Of a stretch of DNA of 64,000 bases, positions 1 through 11,218 are shown one piece after another; positions within the stretch are counted from its first letter, which is position 1, and each line of letters opens with the position of its first letter. The translations under genes and the position numbers were made by a program. A model generated the notes under the pieces. That model was not told where the DNA came from, ran no database searches, and saw only the letters and a list, made by a program, of their open reading frames with translations. The DNA comes from an uncultured Candidatus Rokubacteria bacterium (GTDB taxonomy: Bacteria > Methylomirabilota > Methylomirabilia > Rokubacteriales > CSP1-6): contig CAVVEU010000024.1 of NCBI GenBank assembly GCA_963747235.1, positions 32,001 through 96,000 on the forward strand, read 5' to 3'.

Positions 1-274
1 CCACATGATCTTCGCGCTGCACTACGCCCACGAGTTCTACGGGGAGGATGACGCCCTCGCCGCAGGTCTGGCCTTCCCGGGCGAGGATCAGGAGCCCGAC
101 TACTGGGACTTCGCCTACTTCTCCTTCGTGATCGGCATGACGTCGCAGGTGTCCGACGTGGGCGTCACGAGCAAGCAGATCCGCCGCACCGTGACCGCGC
201 ACGGCATCGTCTCGTTCCTCTTCAACGTCGCGCTGGTCGCCCTGACCATCAACGTGGCGGCCGGCGCCCTCTGA
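1..274 (+). CDS. DUF1345-family membrane protein, 5'-truncated at window edge
   Basis: ORF 5..274 has FALHYAHEFY...FPG...PDYWDFAYFSFVIGMTSQVSD, typical of the DUF1345 C-terminus. Confidence 0.8.
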   Translation, partial: HMIFALHYAHEFYGEDDALAAGLAFPGEDQEPDYWDFAYFSFVIGMTSQVSDVGVTSKQIRRTVTAHGIVSFLFNVALVALTINVAAGAL

Positions 275-326
275 CTGCCCAGGCCGCCCGGGCGACCCGG
301 CACTTGTGGTACGTTCGATCCCACCC

Positions 327-1739
327 ATGAACGGCATCGTCGCCTACGGGGCCTACCTCCCTTATTTCCGCCTCGACCGGAAGGCCATCGGCGAGTCCCT
401 GGGGAGCGGGGGCGGCAAGGGCACCCGGGTCGTCGCCTCCTACGACGAGGACACGACCTCCATGGGCGTGGAGGCGGCGCGGGCCGCGCTCCGCGGAGCC
501 CCACGGCTCGCTCCCGCCGCGGTCTACTTCGCGACCGTCGACCCCGCCTATCTCGACAAGACCAACGCCACCGCGATCCACGCCGCGCTCGCGCTCGACG
601 AGTCGGTCATGGCCTTCGACATGCTCGGCTCGATCCGCTCGGCCGCGGGCGCGCTGCGCGCCGCGATCGACGCCTCGAGGCCGACGCTGGCCGTCCTCTC
701 CGACATCCGCACCGGTCTCCCGGGCGGCGCGGACGAGCGCGACGGCGGCGACGCGGCGGTGGCCTTCCTCATGGCGTCGGGCGACGCCGACACCCCGGTG
801 CTGGCCGAGCCGGTCGCGGCGGCGTCGGTCACGGCCGAGTTCCTCGAGCGCTGGCGGGTGCCCGGCGACGCGGCCTCGCGGCAGTGGGAGGAGCGCTTCG
901 GCGAGCACGCCTACGGGCCGCTGGCGGAGGCCGCGATCGCGAGCGCGCTGAAGCAGGCCGGCGTCACCGGCGGCGAGCTGGCGTCCGTGATCGTGGCGGG
1001 GTCGCACGGGCGCGCGAACAAGCGCGCGGCCGCCGCGGTGGGCGCGAAGCCCACGGCGCTCGGCGACGATCTCACCGGCACGGTGGGCAACACCGGCGCG
1101 GCCCACGCGGGGCTGCTCCTGGCGGACGCGCTCGACCGGGCGCAGGCCGACGATCTCATCATGGTCGTCTCCCTGGCCGACGGCTGCGACGTGACGATCT
1201 GGCGCGCGACCGCGGCACTGGCGCGCGGACGGCAGCCGGTGCCGGTGGCGCAGCAAATCAAGGCAGGCGGCCGCGTGTCCTACCCGACCTTCCTCACCTG
1301 GCGCGGCTTCCTCAAGCGCGAGCCGCCGCGCCGGCCCGATCCGCAGCCGCCCGCCGCGCCGCCGGCCTTGCGGGCCGAGGCGTGGAAGTTCGGCTTCACG
1401 GGGAGCCGGTGCCAGGCGTGCGGCACGCGGCACCTGCCGCCCACGCGCGTGTGCCTCAAGTGCCGCGCGGTGGACCGCATGACCCCGGAGCGCATGGCGG
1501 ACGTGCCCGCGACCATCGCGACCTTCACGGTGGACCGCCTCGCCTACTCGCTGTCGCCGCCGGTGGTGGTGGGCGTGCTCGACTTCGAGGGCGGCGGCCG
1601 CTTCACCTGCGAGCTGACCGACGTGGACCCCGCCGCGGTGACGATCGGCAACCGGGTCGAGATGACGTTCCGCCGGCTCATGACCGCTCACGACGTGCAC
1701 AACTACTTCTGGAAGGCGCGACCCCTCCGGGGCGCGTAG
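327..1739 (+). CDS. HMG-CoA synthase-like (thiolase-fold) protein fused to a C-terminal DUF35 Zn-ribbon/OB-fold domain
   Basis: N-terminal GIVAYGAYLPYFRL, DEDTTSMGVEAA and VGNTGAA motifs; C-terminal CQAC...CLKC Zn ribbon, TFTVD and YFWKARP; canonical catalytic Cys position reads GSIRS; ATG at 327. Confidence 0.85.
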   Translation: MNGIVAYGAYLPYFRLDRKAIGESLGSGGGKGTRVVASYDEDTTSMGVEAARAALRGAPRLAPAAVYFATVDPAYLDKTNATAIHAALALDESVMAFDMLGSIRSAAGALRAAIDASRPTLAVLSDIRTGLPGGADERDGGDAAVAFLMASGDADTPVLAEPVAAASVTAEFLERWRVPGDAASRQWEERFGEHAYGPLAEAAIASALKQAGVTGGELASVIVAGSHGRANKRAAAAVGAKPTALGDDLTGTVGNTGAAHAGLLLADALDRAQADDLIMVVSLADGCDVTIWRATAALARGRQPVPVAQQIKAGGRVSYPTFLTWRGFLKREPPRRPDPQPPAAPPALRAEAWKFGFTGSRCQACGTRHLPPTRVCLKCRAVDRMTPERMADVPATIATFTVDRLAYSLSPPVVVGVLDFEGGGRFTCELTDVDPAAVTIGNRVEMTFRRLMTAHDVHNYFWKARPLRGA

Positions 1740-1757
1740 TCGAGAGGAGACTTCACC

Positions 1758-2954
1758 ATGGCCAGCAACGGGATCCGGGACCGCGTGGCGATCGTCGGCA
1801 TGGGCTGCACCACCTTCGGCGAGCGCTGGGACAAGAGCGTGAGCGATCTCCTGGTGGACGCGTCCCAGGACGCGCTGAACTCGGCCAACGTGCCGATCGA
1901 CGCGGTGGACGCGTTCTGGCTCGGCACGCTCTTCTCCGGGCAGAGCGGGCTCACGCTCTCGCGCCCGCTCAAGCTCGACTACAAGCCGGTGAGCCGGCTC
2001 GAGAACTACTGCGCCACCGGCTCCGAGGCCTTCCGCAACGCCTGCTACGCGGTGGCCTGCGGCGCCTACGACATCGCGATGGCCATCGGCGTCGAGAAGC
2101 TGAAGGACTCGGGCATCTCGGGGCTGCCGTCGATCGGCGCGCCCGAGGACGGCACGCGCGCGGGCCTCACCGCGCCCGCCACGTTCAGCCTGCTCGCGCC
2201 GGCCTACGCCAGGAAGTACGGGGTGGACGACGCCACCTTCAAGGAGGCGATGACCCACATCGCCTGGAAGAACCACAAGAACGGCGCGCTCAACCCGCGC
2301 GCGCAGTTCCGCAAGGAAGTCGCGAAGGACGTCATCGCCTGCTCGCCCCTGGTGGCGGGCGCGCTCGGCATCTTCGACTGCTCGGGCGTGTCCGACGGCT
2401 CGGCCGCCGCGATCGTCGTGCGGGCCGAGGACGCCTACAAGTACACCGACAAGCCGCTCTTCGTGAAGGCGCTCTCGTTCATCGCGGGGCCGGCCACCGG
2501 CCCGATCGATCCCGACTACGACTACACGACCTTCCCCGAGGTGGTGCACTCCGCCGCGGATGCCTACGCGCAGGCCGGGATCAAGGACCCGCGCGCCGAG
2601 CTGGCGATGGCCGAGGTGCACGACTGCTTCACGCCCACCGAGCTGGTGCTGATGGAAGACCTCGGCTTCGCGGCGCGGGGCACCGCGTGGAAGGAGGTGC
2701 TCAACGGCACCTTCGATCTGGAAGGCGAGCTGGCGGTGAACCCGGACGGCGGGCTCAAGTCCTTCGGCCACCCGATCGGCGCCTCCGGGCTGCGCATGCT
2801 CTTCGAGGCGTGGCTGCAGCTTCGCGGGGAGGCGGGCAAGCGGCAGATCGCCAGCATCGCGCGGGGGCGGAAGCTGGCGCTCACGCACAACCTGGGCGGG
2901 GCGCCGGGGGAGTGCGTGTCGTTCGTGTCGGTGGTGGGGTCCGAGCGGAGCTGA
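1758..2954 (+). CDS. Thiolase-like protein (SCP2/PhlC-type acetyl-CoA acetyltransferase)
   Basis: ENYCATGS (Cys), EVHDCF and NPDGGLKSFGHPIGASG motifs; GAGGAG RBS upstream. Confidence 0.9.
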   Translation: MASNGIRDRVAIVGMGCTTFGERWDKSVSDLLVDASQDALNSANVPIDAVDAFWLGTLFSGQSGLTLSRPLKLDYKPVSRLENYCATGSEAFRNACYAVACGAYDIAMAIGVEKLKDSGISGLPSIGAPEDGTRAGLTAPATFSLLAPAYARKYGVDDATFKEAMTHIAWKNHKNGALNPRAQFRKEVAKDVIACSPLVAGALGIFDCSGVSDGSAAAIVVRAEDAYKYTDKPLFVKALSFIAGPATGPIDPDYDYTTFPEVVHSAADAYAQAGIKDPRAELAMAEVHDCFTPTELVLMEDLGFAARGTAWKEVLNGTFDLEGELAVNPDGGLKSFGHPIGASGLRMLFEAWLQLRGEAGKRQIASIARGRKLALTHNLGGAPGECVSFVSVVGSERS

Positions 2955-2969
2955 GCGCGGGCTAGGCCA

Positions 2970-3004
2970 CCCCTCACCCTGCCCTCTCCCCTGAGGGGAG
3001 AGGG
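2970..3004. repeat. REP-like palindrome, family A copy 1 (CCCCTCACCCTGCCCTCTCCCC-TGA-GGGGAGAGGG)
   Basis: Perfect 10-bp stem 2982-2991/2995-3004 between convergent genes; similar copies at 14938 and 57903-57983. Confidence 0.8.
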
Positions 3005-3008
3005 GGAG

Positions 3009-4704
3009 CTAGGGGCTCGGCGGGTCGGCGCCGGCCGACTTGCGGATGTCGAGCATCTCGGGCAGGCCGCGGCCGGTGTGCTCGAAGAGCTGCACGCGCG
3101 TGAGATGGTTCATGTCGATGACGATCTCGCGGATGCGCTCGGCGGCGGCGTGGATCTGGGCGATGCGCTCCCGGGCCTCCGGGCTCACGCTCGGATCCTC
3201 CTGGAGCATGGCCAGGCGTCCCAGCACCATCGTCAGCGGGTTGTTGATCTCGTGGGCGGCCGCGTTGGCGAGCCGGGCCATGCTGCGCAGCTCGTCGGCG
3301 GCCTTCTGCTCGGTGATGTCGATGAGGGTCGCCTCGAAGTCGGCGCGCGGGTGGACCCGAGCCGCGAATCACGTTCGCGAGCACCCAGATGAGCCGCCCG
3401 TCGCGCCGGCGGAACTGGAGCTCGACGTTGACGGCGGTCCCCACCGCCTTGATGCGCTCGAGGATCTGGTCGCGCTCCTTGGGCTGGGCGTAGAACTCGC
3501 CGACGTTCGCCGCCAGCACGTCGGCCGCGCGCTCGAAGCCGAGGATCCGGGCGAACGCCTCGTTGCAGTCCACGATGCGCCCGTCTGCGAGGGTCAGGCA
3601 CATCCCGGCCGGGTTGCGCTCGAACATGGTGCGGTAGCGCTGCTCCGACTCCCGGAGCTCGGCCGTCCGGGTCTGCATGAGCGCCATGGCCTCGCCCAGG
3701 GCCCCGCTCACGCCCGCGAGCTCGGCGAGCCGGAACACCGGGAGCTCCGGCACCGTCTCGCCCCGGCCGAAGGCGCTGAACGCGTTCCTCAGCCGGCGCA
3801 GGCGGCCGGTGAATTGCCGCCCGGCCAGGGTCGCGAGACCCAGCGAGAGCACCAGGGCGCCGACGGCGCCCGCGGTGAGGAGCCCGAGCGACCGGCGGAG
3901 CGGGCCCTCGAGCTGCTCGCTCGGGACCGCGATCCCCACCGTGAACCGGGACCACGGGGCGCGGCTGAAGGCGGTGTAGGCGGTCGAGCCCTCGAGCGTG
4001 GGACCGGTGAACACCGCCTCCTCGCGCTCGCGGGCGCGCGAGACGAAGCCGGCGGGCGCGGGCTTGCCCACCCGCTGCTCCTGCCCCTGGGTCGTGGCCA
4101 CCACGATGCCGTTGCGATCCACGATGGTCCCGACGGTCCCGCCGGCGATCTGGGCCGCGGCCAGCACCGACGCGAAGCTCTCCGGCGTCATGACCGCGGC
4201 CAGGACGTGCCGGACCTTTCCGTCGCGGAGCAGGGGCAGCGTGACCGCGATCACCCGGCGGCCGGCGGTCGGGTCCATGACCAGATCCGAGACCTGCGGC
4301 TGGCCCGTCTGGAGCGTTCGCTGGAACGTCTCGAGCCCGGCCACGCTCGGCAGCGAGCTCCCGAGCGGGTGCAGGAGGTTCAGCACCTGCCGGCCCGAGG
4401 GATCCGCGAGGGCCACCGTCAGCCACCGCGGATAGGCCTCCCGCGCCAGCCGCGCCTGCTCGTAGAACTTCCGCAGGTCGGCCGGGTCGAGATCGCTGGA
4501 GGTCGCGAGCCCCTTCAGCCCCGCGAGCGAGGTCTCGACCTCGCGATCCACCGCCACCGTCAGGGAGCGGGCGTGGTACAGGAGCGCCTGCTCCATGGCG
4601 CGCCGCTCGTCCTGGTGCGCCCACCAGATCGCGACGCCGGCGACCCCCAGCAGAGGGACCAGGGTCAGGCCGACGACCGCGAGCAGGAATGTGCGGAGCT
4701 TCAT
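3009..4704 (-). CDS. Membrane sensor: Cache-like periplasmic domain, PAS and HisKA H-box, with no HATPase domain; frameshift near 3360
   Basis: Two TM segments, ESEQRYRTMFERNP/RRRDGRLIWV PAS motifs; ORF 3009..3281 has AAHEINNPL and ends about 80 aa later. Confidence 0.75.
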
Positions 4705-4764
4705 GGCTTCCGCTGAGAATAGGGAAAGCCCGCCGGATCGGCAAGCTTTGCTATCCTCCACCCC

Positions 4765-6367
4765 ATGTCGTACGACGCCATCATCATCGGCGCCGGGATC
4801 TCCGGCATGTACCAGCTCCACCGGCTGCGCGGGCTCGGCCTGCGCGTGCGGGTGTTCGAGGCCGGCGACGGGCGTGGGCGGCACCTGGTACTGGAACCGC
4901 TACCCCGGGGCGCGGTTCGACTCCGAGAGCTGGACCTACGGCTACTCCTTCTCCGAGGAGATCCTGCGCGAGTGGGAGTGGAGCGAGCACTTCGCGGCGC
5001 AGCCGGAGACGCTGCGGTACTGCAACTTCGTCGCCGACAAGCTCGACCTGCGCCGCGACATCGAGTTCAACTGCCGGATCAAGGCGGCCGTCTACGACGA
5101 GGCCGCCGGCCAGTGGGAGATCGAGAGCGAGGACGGCCGGCGGGTGCGGGCGCGGTTCCTGATCACCGCGATCGGGCCGCTGTCGACGCCGACCATGCCG
5201 ACCATCCCGGGCGTCGAGACCTTCCGCGGCGAGGCCTACCACACCGGCCGGTGGCCGCACGAGCCGGTGACCTTCGCGGACAAGCGCGTCGCGGTGATCG
5301 GCACCGGCGCGACCGCGGTGCAGGCGATCACCGAGATCGCCAAGACGGTCGGGCACCTCACGGTGTTCCAGCGCACGCCGAACTGGTGCGCGCCGCTGCA
5401 CAACAGCAAGATCGACGCGGCCACCCAGGCCCGCATCAAGGCGACCTATCCCGAGATCTTCGCGCTCTGCCGCGACTCCTTCGGCTGCTTCATCCACCAG
5501 GCCGACCCGCGCAAGGCGCTCGAGGTGAGCGCGGAGGAGCGCGAGGCGTTCTACGAGAAGCTCTACGGCGAGCCCGGCTTCGGCATCTGGATGGGCAACT
5601 TCCGCGACGTGCTGGTCAACGCGGAGGCCAACGCCACCATCACCGAGTTCATGCGCCGGAAGATCCGCGCGCGGGTGAAGGACCCGAAGCTCGCGGAGAA
5701 GCTGATCCCGACGAACCACGGCTTCGGCACCCGCCGCGTGCCGCTCGAGAGCGGCTACTACGAGGTCTACAACCAGCCGAACGTGCGCCTCGTGGACATC
5801 CGCGAGACGCCGATCGAGCGGATCACGCCGACCGGCATCGAGACCAGCCGATGCCGAGTACGCGGTCGACATGATCATCTACGCCACCGGCTTCGACGCC
5901 ATCACCGGGGCGTTCGACCGCATCGACATCCGCGGCGTCGGCGGCCGGCGGCTCCGGGACAAGTGGGCGGACGGGCCGCGCACCTATCTCGGGCTGCAGA
6001 TCGTGGGCTTCCCCAACCTGTTCACGCTGGTCGGGCCGCACAACGCCGCCACGTTCTGCAACATCCCGCGCTGCATCGAGCAGAACGTGGACTGGGTGAC
6101 CGCGCTCATCGCGCACATGCGCGAGAAGGGCCACACGCGCGTCGAGGCGACGTCCGACGCGGAGCGCGACGTGGACCGAGCACGTGCACGAGACCGGGCG
6201 AGCGCATGCTGTTCACCAAGGTGGACTCCTGGATGATGGGCATCAACTCCAACGTGGCGGGCAAGCAGAAGCGCACGTTCATCGTCTACGCCGGCGGCGC
6301 CCCGAAGTACCGGGAGAAGTGCGACGAGGTCGCGGCCGGCGGCTACGTCGGGTTCACGTTCCGATAG
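4765..6367 (+). CDS. Type I Baeyer-Villiger monooxygenase (cyclohexanone monooxygenase family); several frameshifts
   Basis: GAGISG, GGTWYWNRYPGARFD, BVMO fingerprint FRGEAYHTGRWP, GTGATAVQ and ATGFDA spread across frames. Confidence 0.9.
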
Positions 6368-6377
6368 GAGACCAGAG

Positions 6378-7855
6378 ATGGCCGGCGAGCGGGACTACGA
6401 CGTGGTGGTGGTCGGAGCGGGTAACGCGGCGCTGGCGGCGGCGGTCTCCGCGCGCGAGCAGGGCGCAAGTCGGGTGATAGCGCTCGAGAAGGCGCCGCGC
6501 GAGCTGCGGGGCGGCAACACCCACTACAGTGGCGGGCTGCTGCGCTTCGCCTACGACCGGCCCGAGGATCTGCTGCCGCTCGTGCCCGAGACGCGCTCCG
6601 AGGTCCCGGACTTTCCCGCCGGCGTCGAGCCCTATCCGGCGAAGCGATTCCGCGCCGATCTCGACCGCGTCACCGAGGGGCGGAGCGATCCGGAGCTGTC
6701 CGAGATCCTGATCGGCCGCTCGTTCGACACGGTGCGCTGGATGGTGGAGCAGGGGATCGTGATGGAGCCCGCGCTCTCGCTCAGCGGGGTGAAGGTCGGG
6801 AACACGATCAAGTGGTCGCCGGGCGCCATCATCCGGGCGCGCCACGAAGGCGTCGGCCTCTCGGCCATGTGGTTCAAGGCCGCGCAGGCGCGCGAGGTCG
6901 AGATTCGCTACGACACCAGCGCGGTCCGGCTCGTCCAGGACTCCCGCGGCCGGGTGACCGGGGTGGCGGTGCGCGATGCGGACGGCTTCCGCGAGATCGG
7001 CGCCCGCGCCGTCGTGCTCGGTGCGGCGGCTTCGAGGCGAATCCCGAGTGGCGGGCGCGCTACCTCGGACGCCCGTGGGACCACGCCAAGGTGCGCGGCA
7101 CCCGTTACAACACCGGCGACGGGCTTCGCATGGCGCTCGAGATCGGCGCGCTGCCGTGCGGGCAGTGGACGGGCTGTCACTCGACCCCGATCGACGCCGA
7201 GGCCCCGCCCCACGGCGACCGCAAGCTGACCGACAAGACCAATCGCCTGTCCTACCCGTTCGGCGTGCTCGTGGACAGCAACGGCCGGCGCTTCTTCGAC
7301 GAGGGCGAGGACTTCCAGTTCTACACGTACGCCAAGCTGGGCGGCATCATCCTCAACCAGCCCCGGGGCGTCGCGTACCAGATCTTCGACGACAAGGTCT
7401 CGGGCCTGCTGGAGGGCCGCTACCGGACCGGGCAGCCGGTCGTCGCCGATTCGCTCGCGGCGCTGGTCGCCCAGCTCCCGGTGGACCAGGTCCGCTGCCT
7501 GGAGACGCTCGAGGCGTACAACGCCGCGGTGGGAACGGCGACCTTCGATCCCACCGTGAAAGACGGGCTCGCGACCCACGGGCTCCCCCTGCCGAAATCG
7601 AACTGGGCGCAGCGCCTGGACACCCCGCCCTTCACCGCGTGGCCGGTCACCGGGGGGATCACGTTCACCTTCGGCGGCGTGCGGGTGAACGAGCACGCGC
7701 AGGTGCAGAGCACGAGCTGGACGTCGATCCCGGGGCTCTTCGCGTGCGGCGAGATGGTCGGCGGGCTCTTCCACGGCAACTACCCGGGCGGCACCGGCCT
7801 GATGTCGGGCGCCGTCTTCGGCCGTCTCGCGGGCGAGAGCGCCGCGGGAGCCTGA
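6378..7855 (+). CDS. tcuA: FAD-dependent tricarballylate dehydrogenase TcuA-like flavoprotein; frameshift near 7024
   Basis: VVGAGNAA, GGNTHYSGG, GGFEAN, GITFTFGG and NYPGGTGLMSGAVFGR motifs. Confidence 0.75.
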
Positions 7856-7885
7856 GCGGCGGCTCGCGGCGGAGCGGTCCTCGCG

Positions 7886-9091
7886 TCAGACCACGCCGCG
7901 GGCGCGCAGGCCGGCGATGTCCGTGCCGTTGTAGCCCAGCTCGGCGAGGATCGCCTCGGTGTGCTCGCCGAGCTGCGGCGCCCGGTGGCGGAAGCGTCCC
8001 GGTGTCTCGGAGAGGTCGACCGGCGTGGGCGCGAGCGGCGCCGGCCGCGGCAGCCCCGGATAGTCGGTGTCGGCCAGCAGCCCGGCGGCCCGGATGTGCG
8101 CGTCCTCGAGCGCCTGCTGGGGTGAATACAGCGGCCCGGCCGGGACCCTGGCCTTCTCCAGCTCGGCCAGCGCCTCGGCGGTCGTGCGCTCGGCGGTCCA
8201 CTCCGACATCCGCTTGGAGATCAGTCTCGCCGTTGTCGCCGCGGGCCAGATCGTCCTTGAAGCGCGGGTCGGTCAGCCAGTGGCCCTCGCCCATCAGCTT
8301 CGCCCAGCGCGCGAACATGGGGCCGCCGATCGCGTAGGCGATGATCCAGCCGTCCTTCGTGCGGAACAGGTCGGACGGCGCCGAGGTCTGCCCCCGGTTG
8401 ACCGTGGCCACCCGGTTCGGGCGCACGACCTGCTGCTCGACGAGCGTGGGGTTGTTGAAGGCGACCGCGGTGCGCAGCAGCGCGGCCTCGACCTTCTGGC
8501 CGCGGCCCGTCTTGTCGCGCGCCATGAGCGCCGCCAGCGTGCCGAACGCCGAGACCGACGCCGTCCCGAAGTCGACCCAGGCCACCGAGGCGCGCAGCGG
8601 CTGCTCCGGGGTGCCGGTCAGGTACGCGCCGCCGGCCATCACCTGGCCGATGCCGTCGAAGCCGTGCTTGTGGCTCCAGGGCCCCCGGCGCCGAACGCGG
8701 TCACGGTGGTGAGGATGATGTCGGGCTTCACCGCGCGGAGGCTGTCGAGGTCGAGCGCCAGGGACCGCAGCACCTCGGGCGGCAGGTTGGCGACCACCAC
8801 GTCGGCGGTGGCCACCAGCTTGCGGACGATCTCACGCCCCTCGGGACAGGCGGGATCGAGGGTCATCGCCCGCTTGTTGCGGTTCATCACCAGGTACATG
8901 GCTCCGACGCCGTCGGCGCCCACCGGCGCCACCCAGCGATCCTCGCCGCCGCCGATCCGCTCGATCCGGATGACGTCGGCGCCGAGATCGGCCAGCAGCG
9001 CCGCGCAGTACGGCCCCGCGATGTAGCGTCCGAAGTCGAGGACCCGGACCCCGCTCAGAACACCGTCCAGCTCTCCCTCGCGCTCACTCAT
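7886..9091 (-). CDS. CaiB/BaiF family III CoA-transferase; frameshifted
   Basis: [38 protein letters not shown] and APQLGEHT motifs over three ORFs. Confidence 0.88.
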
Positions 9092-9173
9092 GTCGAGGCT
9101 CCCTTGAGTGCGACCCTGGCCTGGAGATTGCCTTGGCCGTCGCGCGGCGTCAAGGCGGCGGGCGCCTGAGGCG

Positions 9174-10415
9174 CTACGTCGCGTAGTTCGACCGCTTCTC
9201 TCCGGTCCGGCCGCTCCGCCCGATGGCGCCGGCCACCTCGCGCAGATCGCGGAGGAAGTCGTCGACCACGGGCGCGTGGAGCGGGGTGAGCACCACGTGC
9301 AGGCTCGGCGGCGTCGTGAGCTGTCGCCCGAGGTACCAGCGGCGCTCCGCCATCCCGTCGGCCACCGCCATCACGTCGACCGCGTCCGAGGCGAAGCCCC
9401 ACACGTACATGGCGGGGTCGCCGAGGACGTGAAGGCCCGGAATGGCCTCGATCCCGCGCCGCAGGCGCAGCGAGGTGTCGAGCATCGTGCGGTTCAGATC
9501 GAGGAAGCCCGCCTCGCCGTAGTGCTGGAACACGGCCCACGCCGCCGCGATCGTGCCGCCCGGCCGCGAGCCGGCCATGGTGGGGGTGCGATAGGGCCCG
9601 CCCGCCCAGTCGTCGAGCTGGAATGCCACCCGGCTCTGGAGCGCCTGGTCCCGGTACAGGACCAGCGAGGTGCCGCGCGCGGCGAAGCCGTACTTGTGCA
9701 GGTCCGCCGACATCGTCGACACCTCGGGCACCGCGAAGTCGAACGGGGGGATGGGCTGGCCCAGCTTCCTGAGGAACGGCAGGGCGAAGCCGCCCACGCA
9801 CGCGTCGACGTGAAGATGCAGCGCGTGCCGGCGGGCGATCTCGGCGATGGCGGACACCGGATCGATCGTGCCGAACGGATAGTTGGGCGCCGAGGCCACG
9901 AGCCCGATGGTGTCGTCGGTCACCGCGTCGGCCATGGCCTGCACGTCGGCGACGTAGTCCTTGGTGATCGGGGTCCGGACGTTCCGGATGCCGAAGATCT
10001 GGGCCGCCTTGTCGAAGGCGGGATGCGCGCTCACCGGCAGCACCAGCTCGGGCCGCGTGACCCGCGGCCGCTCCGCCCGCGCGCGCTCGCGCGCCGCGCG
10101 GATGGCCAGGATGATGCTCTCCGACCCGCCGGAGGTGACGTTGCCGGGGCAGCCCGCGCCGCCCAGCAGCTCGGCGCTCATGCCGACCACCTCGCCTTCG
10201 AGCGTGGCGAGGCTCTTGAACATCCGTCCCGCCCCGAGCCCGTTGGTGGCCATGAAGAGCGCGTATGCCTCGCGCAGGAGCCGCAGGTGCTCCTCGCCCG
10301 CTCCGTAGACCAGGCTGAACGTCCGGCCCTCGTGCCAGGCGAGATCGCCGGCCATGGACCGCTCGAGCGATGCCATCACGTCCACGCGCGTCTTTCCCTC
10401 GGTCGGCAGCTTCAC
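9174..10415 (-). CDS. PLP-dependent sphingosine-1-phosphate lyase-like / group II decarboxylase
   Basis: [34 protein letters not shown] (PLP Lys) and GSRPG motifs; GTG start overlaps upstream TGA. Confidence 0.85.
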   Translation of the reverse strand: MKLPTEGKTRVDVMASLERSMAGDLAWHEGRTFSLVYGAGEEHLRLLREAYALFMATNGLGAGRMFKSLATLEGEVVGMSAELLGGAGCPGNVTSGGSESIILAIRAARERARAERPRVTRPELVLPVSAHPAFDKAAQIFGIRNVRTPITKDYVADVQAMADAVTDDTIGLVASAPNYPFGTIDPVSAIAEIARRHALHLHVDACVGGFALPFLRKLGQPIPPFDFAVPEVSTMSADLHKYGFAARGTSLVLYRDQALQSRVAFQLDDWAGGPYRTPTMAGSRPGGTIAAAWAVFQHYGEAGFLDLNRTMLDTSLRLRRGIEAIPGLHVLGDPAMYVWGFASDAVDVMAVADGMAERRWYLGRQLTTPPSLHVVLTPLHAPVVDDFLRDLREVAGAIGRSGRTGEKRSNYAT

Positions 10416-11209
10416 GGTGTTCTCCCCTGGGCAGAGCGCCCGGCGGCCCCGCGGTCGAGCAGCCACCCGCCCACCAGGAGGAGGGCGAAGGAGGCGGCCA
10501 GGAGCACGCTGGCGAGGGCATTCACCCGGGGGGCGATGCCGTCCTTCAGCAGGCTCCAGATGTACATGGTCAGCGTCCCCTTCTGGCCGGAGACGAAGAA
10601 CGTGATCAGGAACTCGTCCATCGACAGCGTGAACACGAAGAGCGCCGCGCCCACCACCCCGGGCAGGATCAGCGGCAGGGTCACGTGCCAGAACACGCGA
10701 ACGGGCGTGGCGCCGAGATCGCCCGCGGCCCGCTCCAGGGAGCGGTCGAAGCCGTACAGGCGTGCCGACACGATGAGGATCGCGAACGGCACGGTGAACA
10801 CGACGTGTCCCAGCACGACGGTCAGCCGGGACAGCGGCAGATGGAGAAAGGCGAAGAAGAGGAGCAGGGCCACGCCCATCAGGAAATGCGGGATCACCAT
10901 GGGCAGGATCATCATGGCGTGGGCCGCCCGCTTGAACGCGAACGTGCAGCGGACGAGGGGAAAGGCGGCGAGCGTGCCGATCACGGTCGACGTCACGGTC
11001 GTGATGCCGGCGATGACGAGACTGTTGTAGAGCGCGTCGTGCAGCACGAAGTCGAAGCCCAGCTCGCGATACCACTGCAGGGTGAACCCCCGGAACGGCA
11101 GCGACGGAATGATGTTGTCGTTGAACGAGAACAGCACGAGGAAGGCGATGGGCAGGTAGAGGAAGGCGAACCCCAGCACGCCGTACGCGATCAGGAGCCG
11201 CCTCGCCAT
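10412..11209 (-). CDS. Polyamine-type ABC transporter permease (PotC-like)
   Basis: FLYLPI..LVLFSFN, FTLQWY and LERAAGDLGA (EAA-like loop). Confidence 0.88.
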   Translation of the reverse strand: MARRLLIAYGVLGFAFLYLPIAFLVLFSFNDNIIPSLPFRGFTLQWYRELGFDFVLHDALYNSLVIAGITTVTSTVIGTLAAFPLVRCTFAFKRAAHAMMILPMVIPHFLMGVALLLFFAFLHLPLSRLTVVLGHVVFTVPFAILIVSARLYGFDRSLERAAGDLGATPVRVFWHVTLPLILPGVVGAALFVFTLSMDEFLITFFVSGQKGTLTMYIWSLLKDGIAPRVNALASVLLAASFALLLVGGWLLDRGAAGRSAQGRTP

Positions 11210-11218
11210 GGCCGCCCG

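Noticed and set aside
327-1739. Mevalonate-pathway HMG-CoA synthase
   Set aside because: Catalytic Cys is missing and no other mevalonate genes are nearby
249-2888. Long antisense and alternative-frame ORFs here and throughout the window
   Set aside because: Arg/Ala/Pro/Gly-rich shadow ORFs typical of high-GC DNA that overlap well-supported genes
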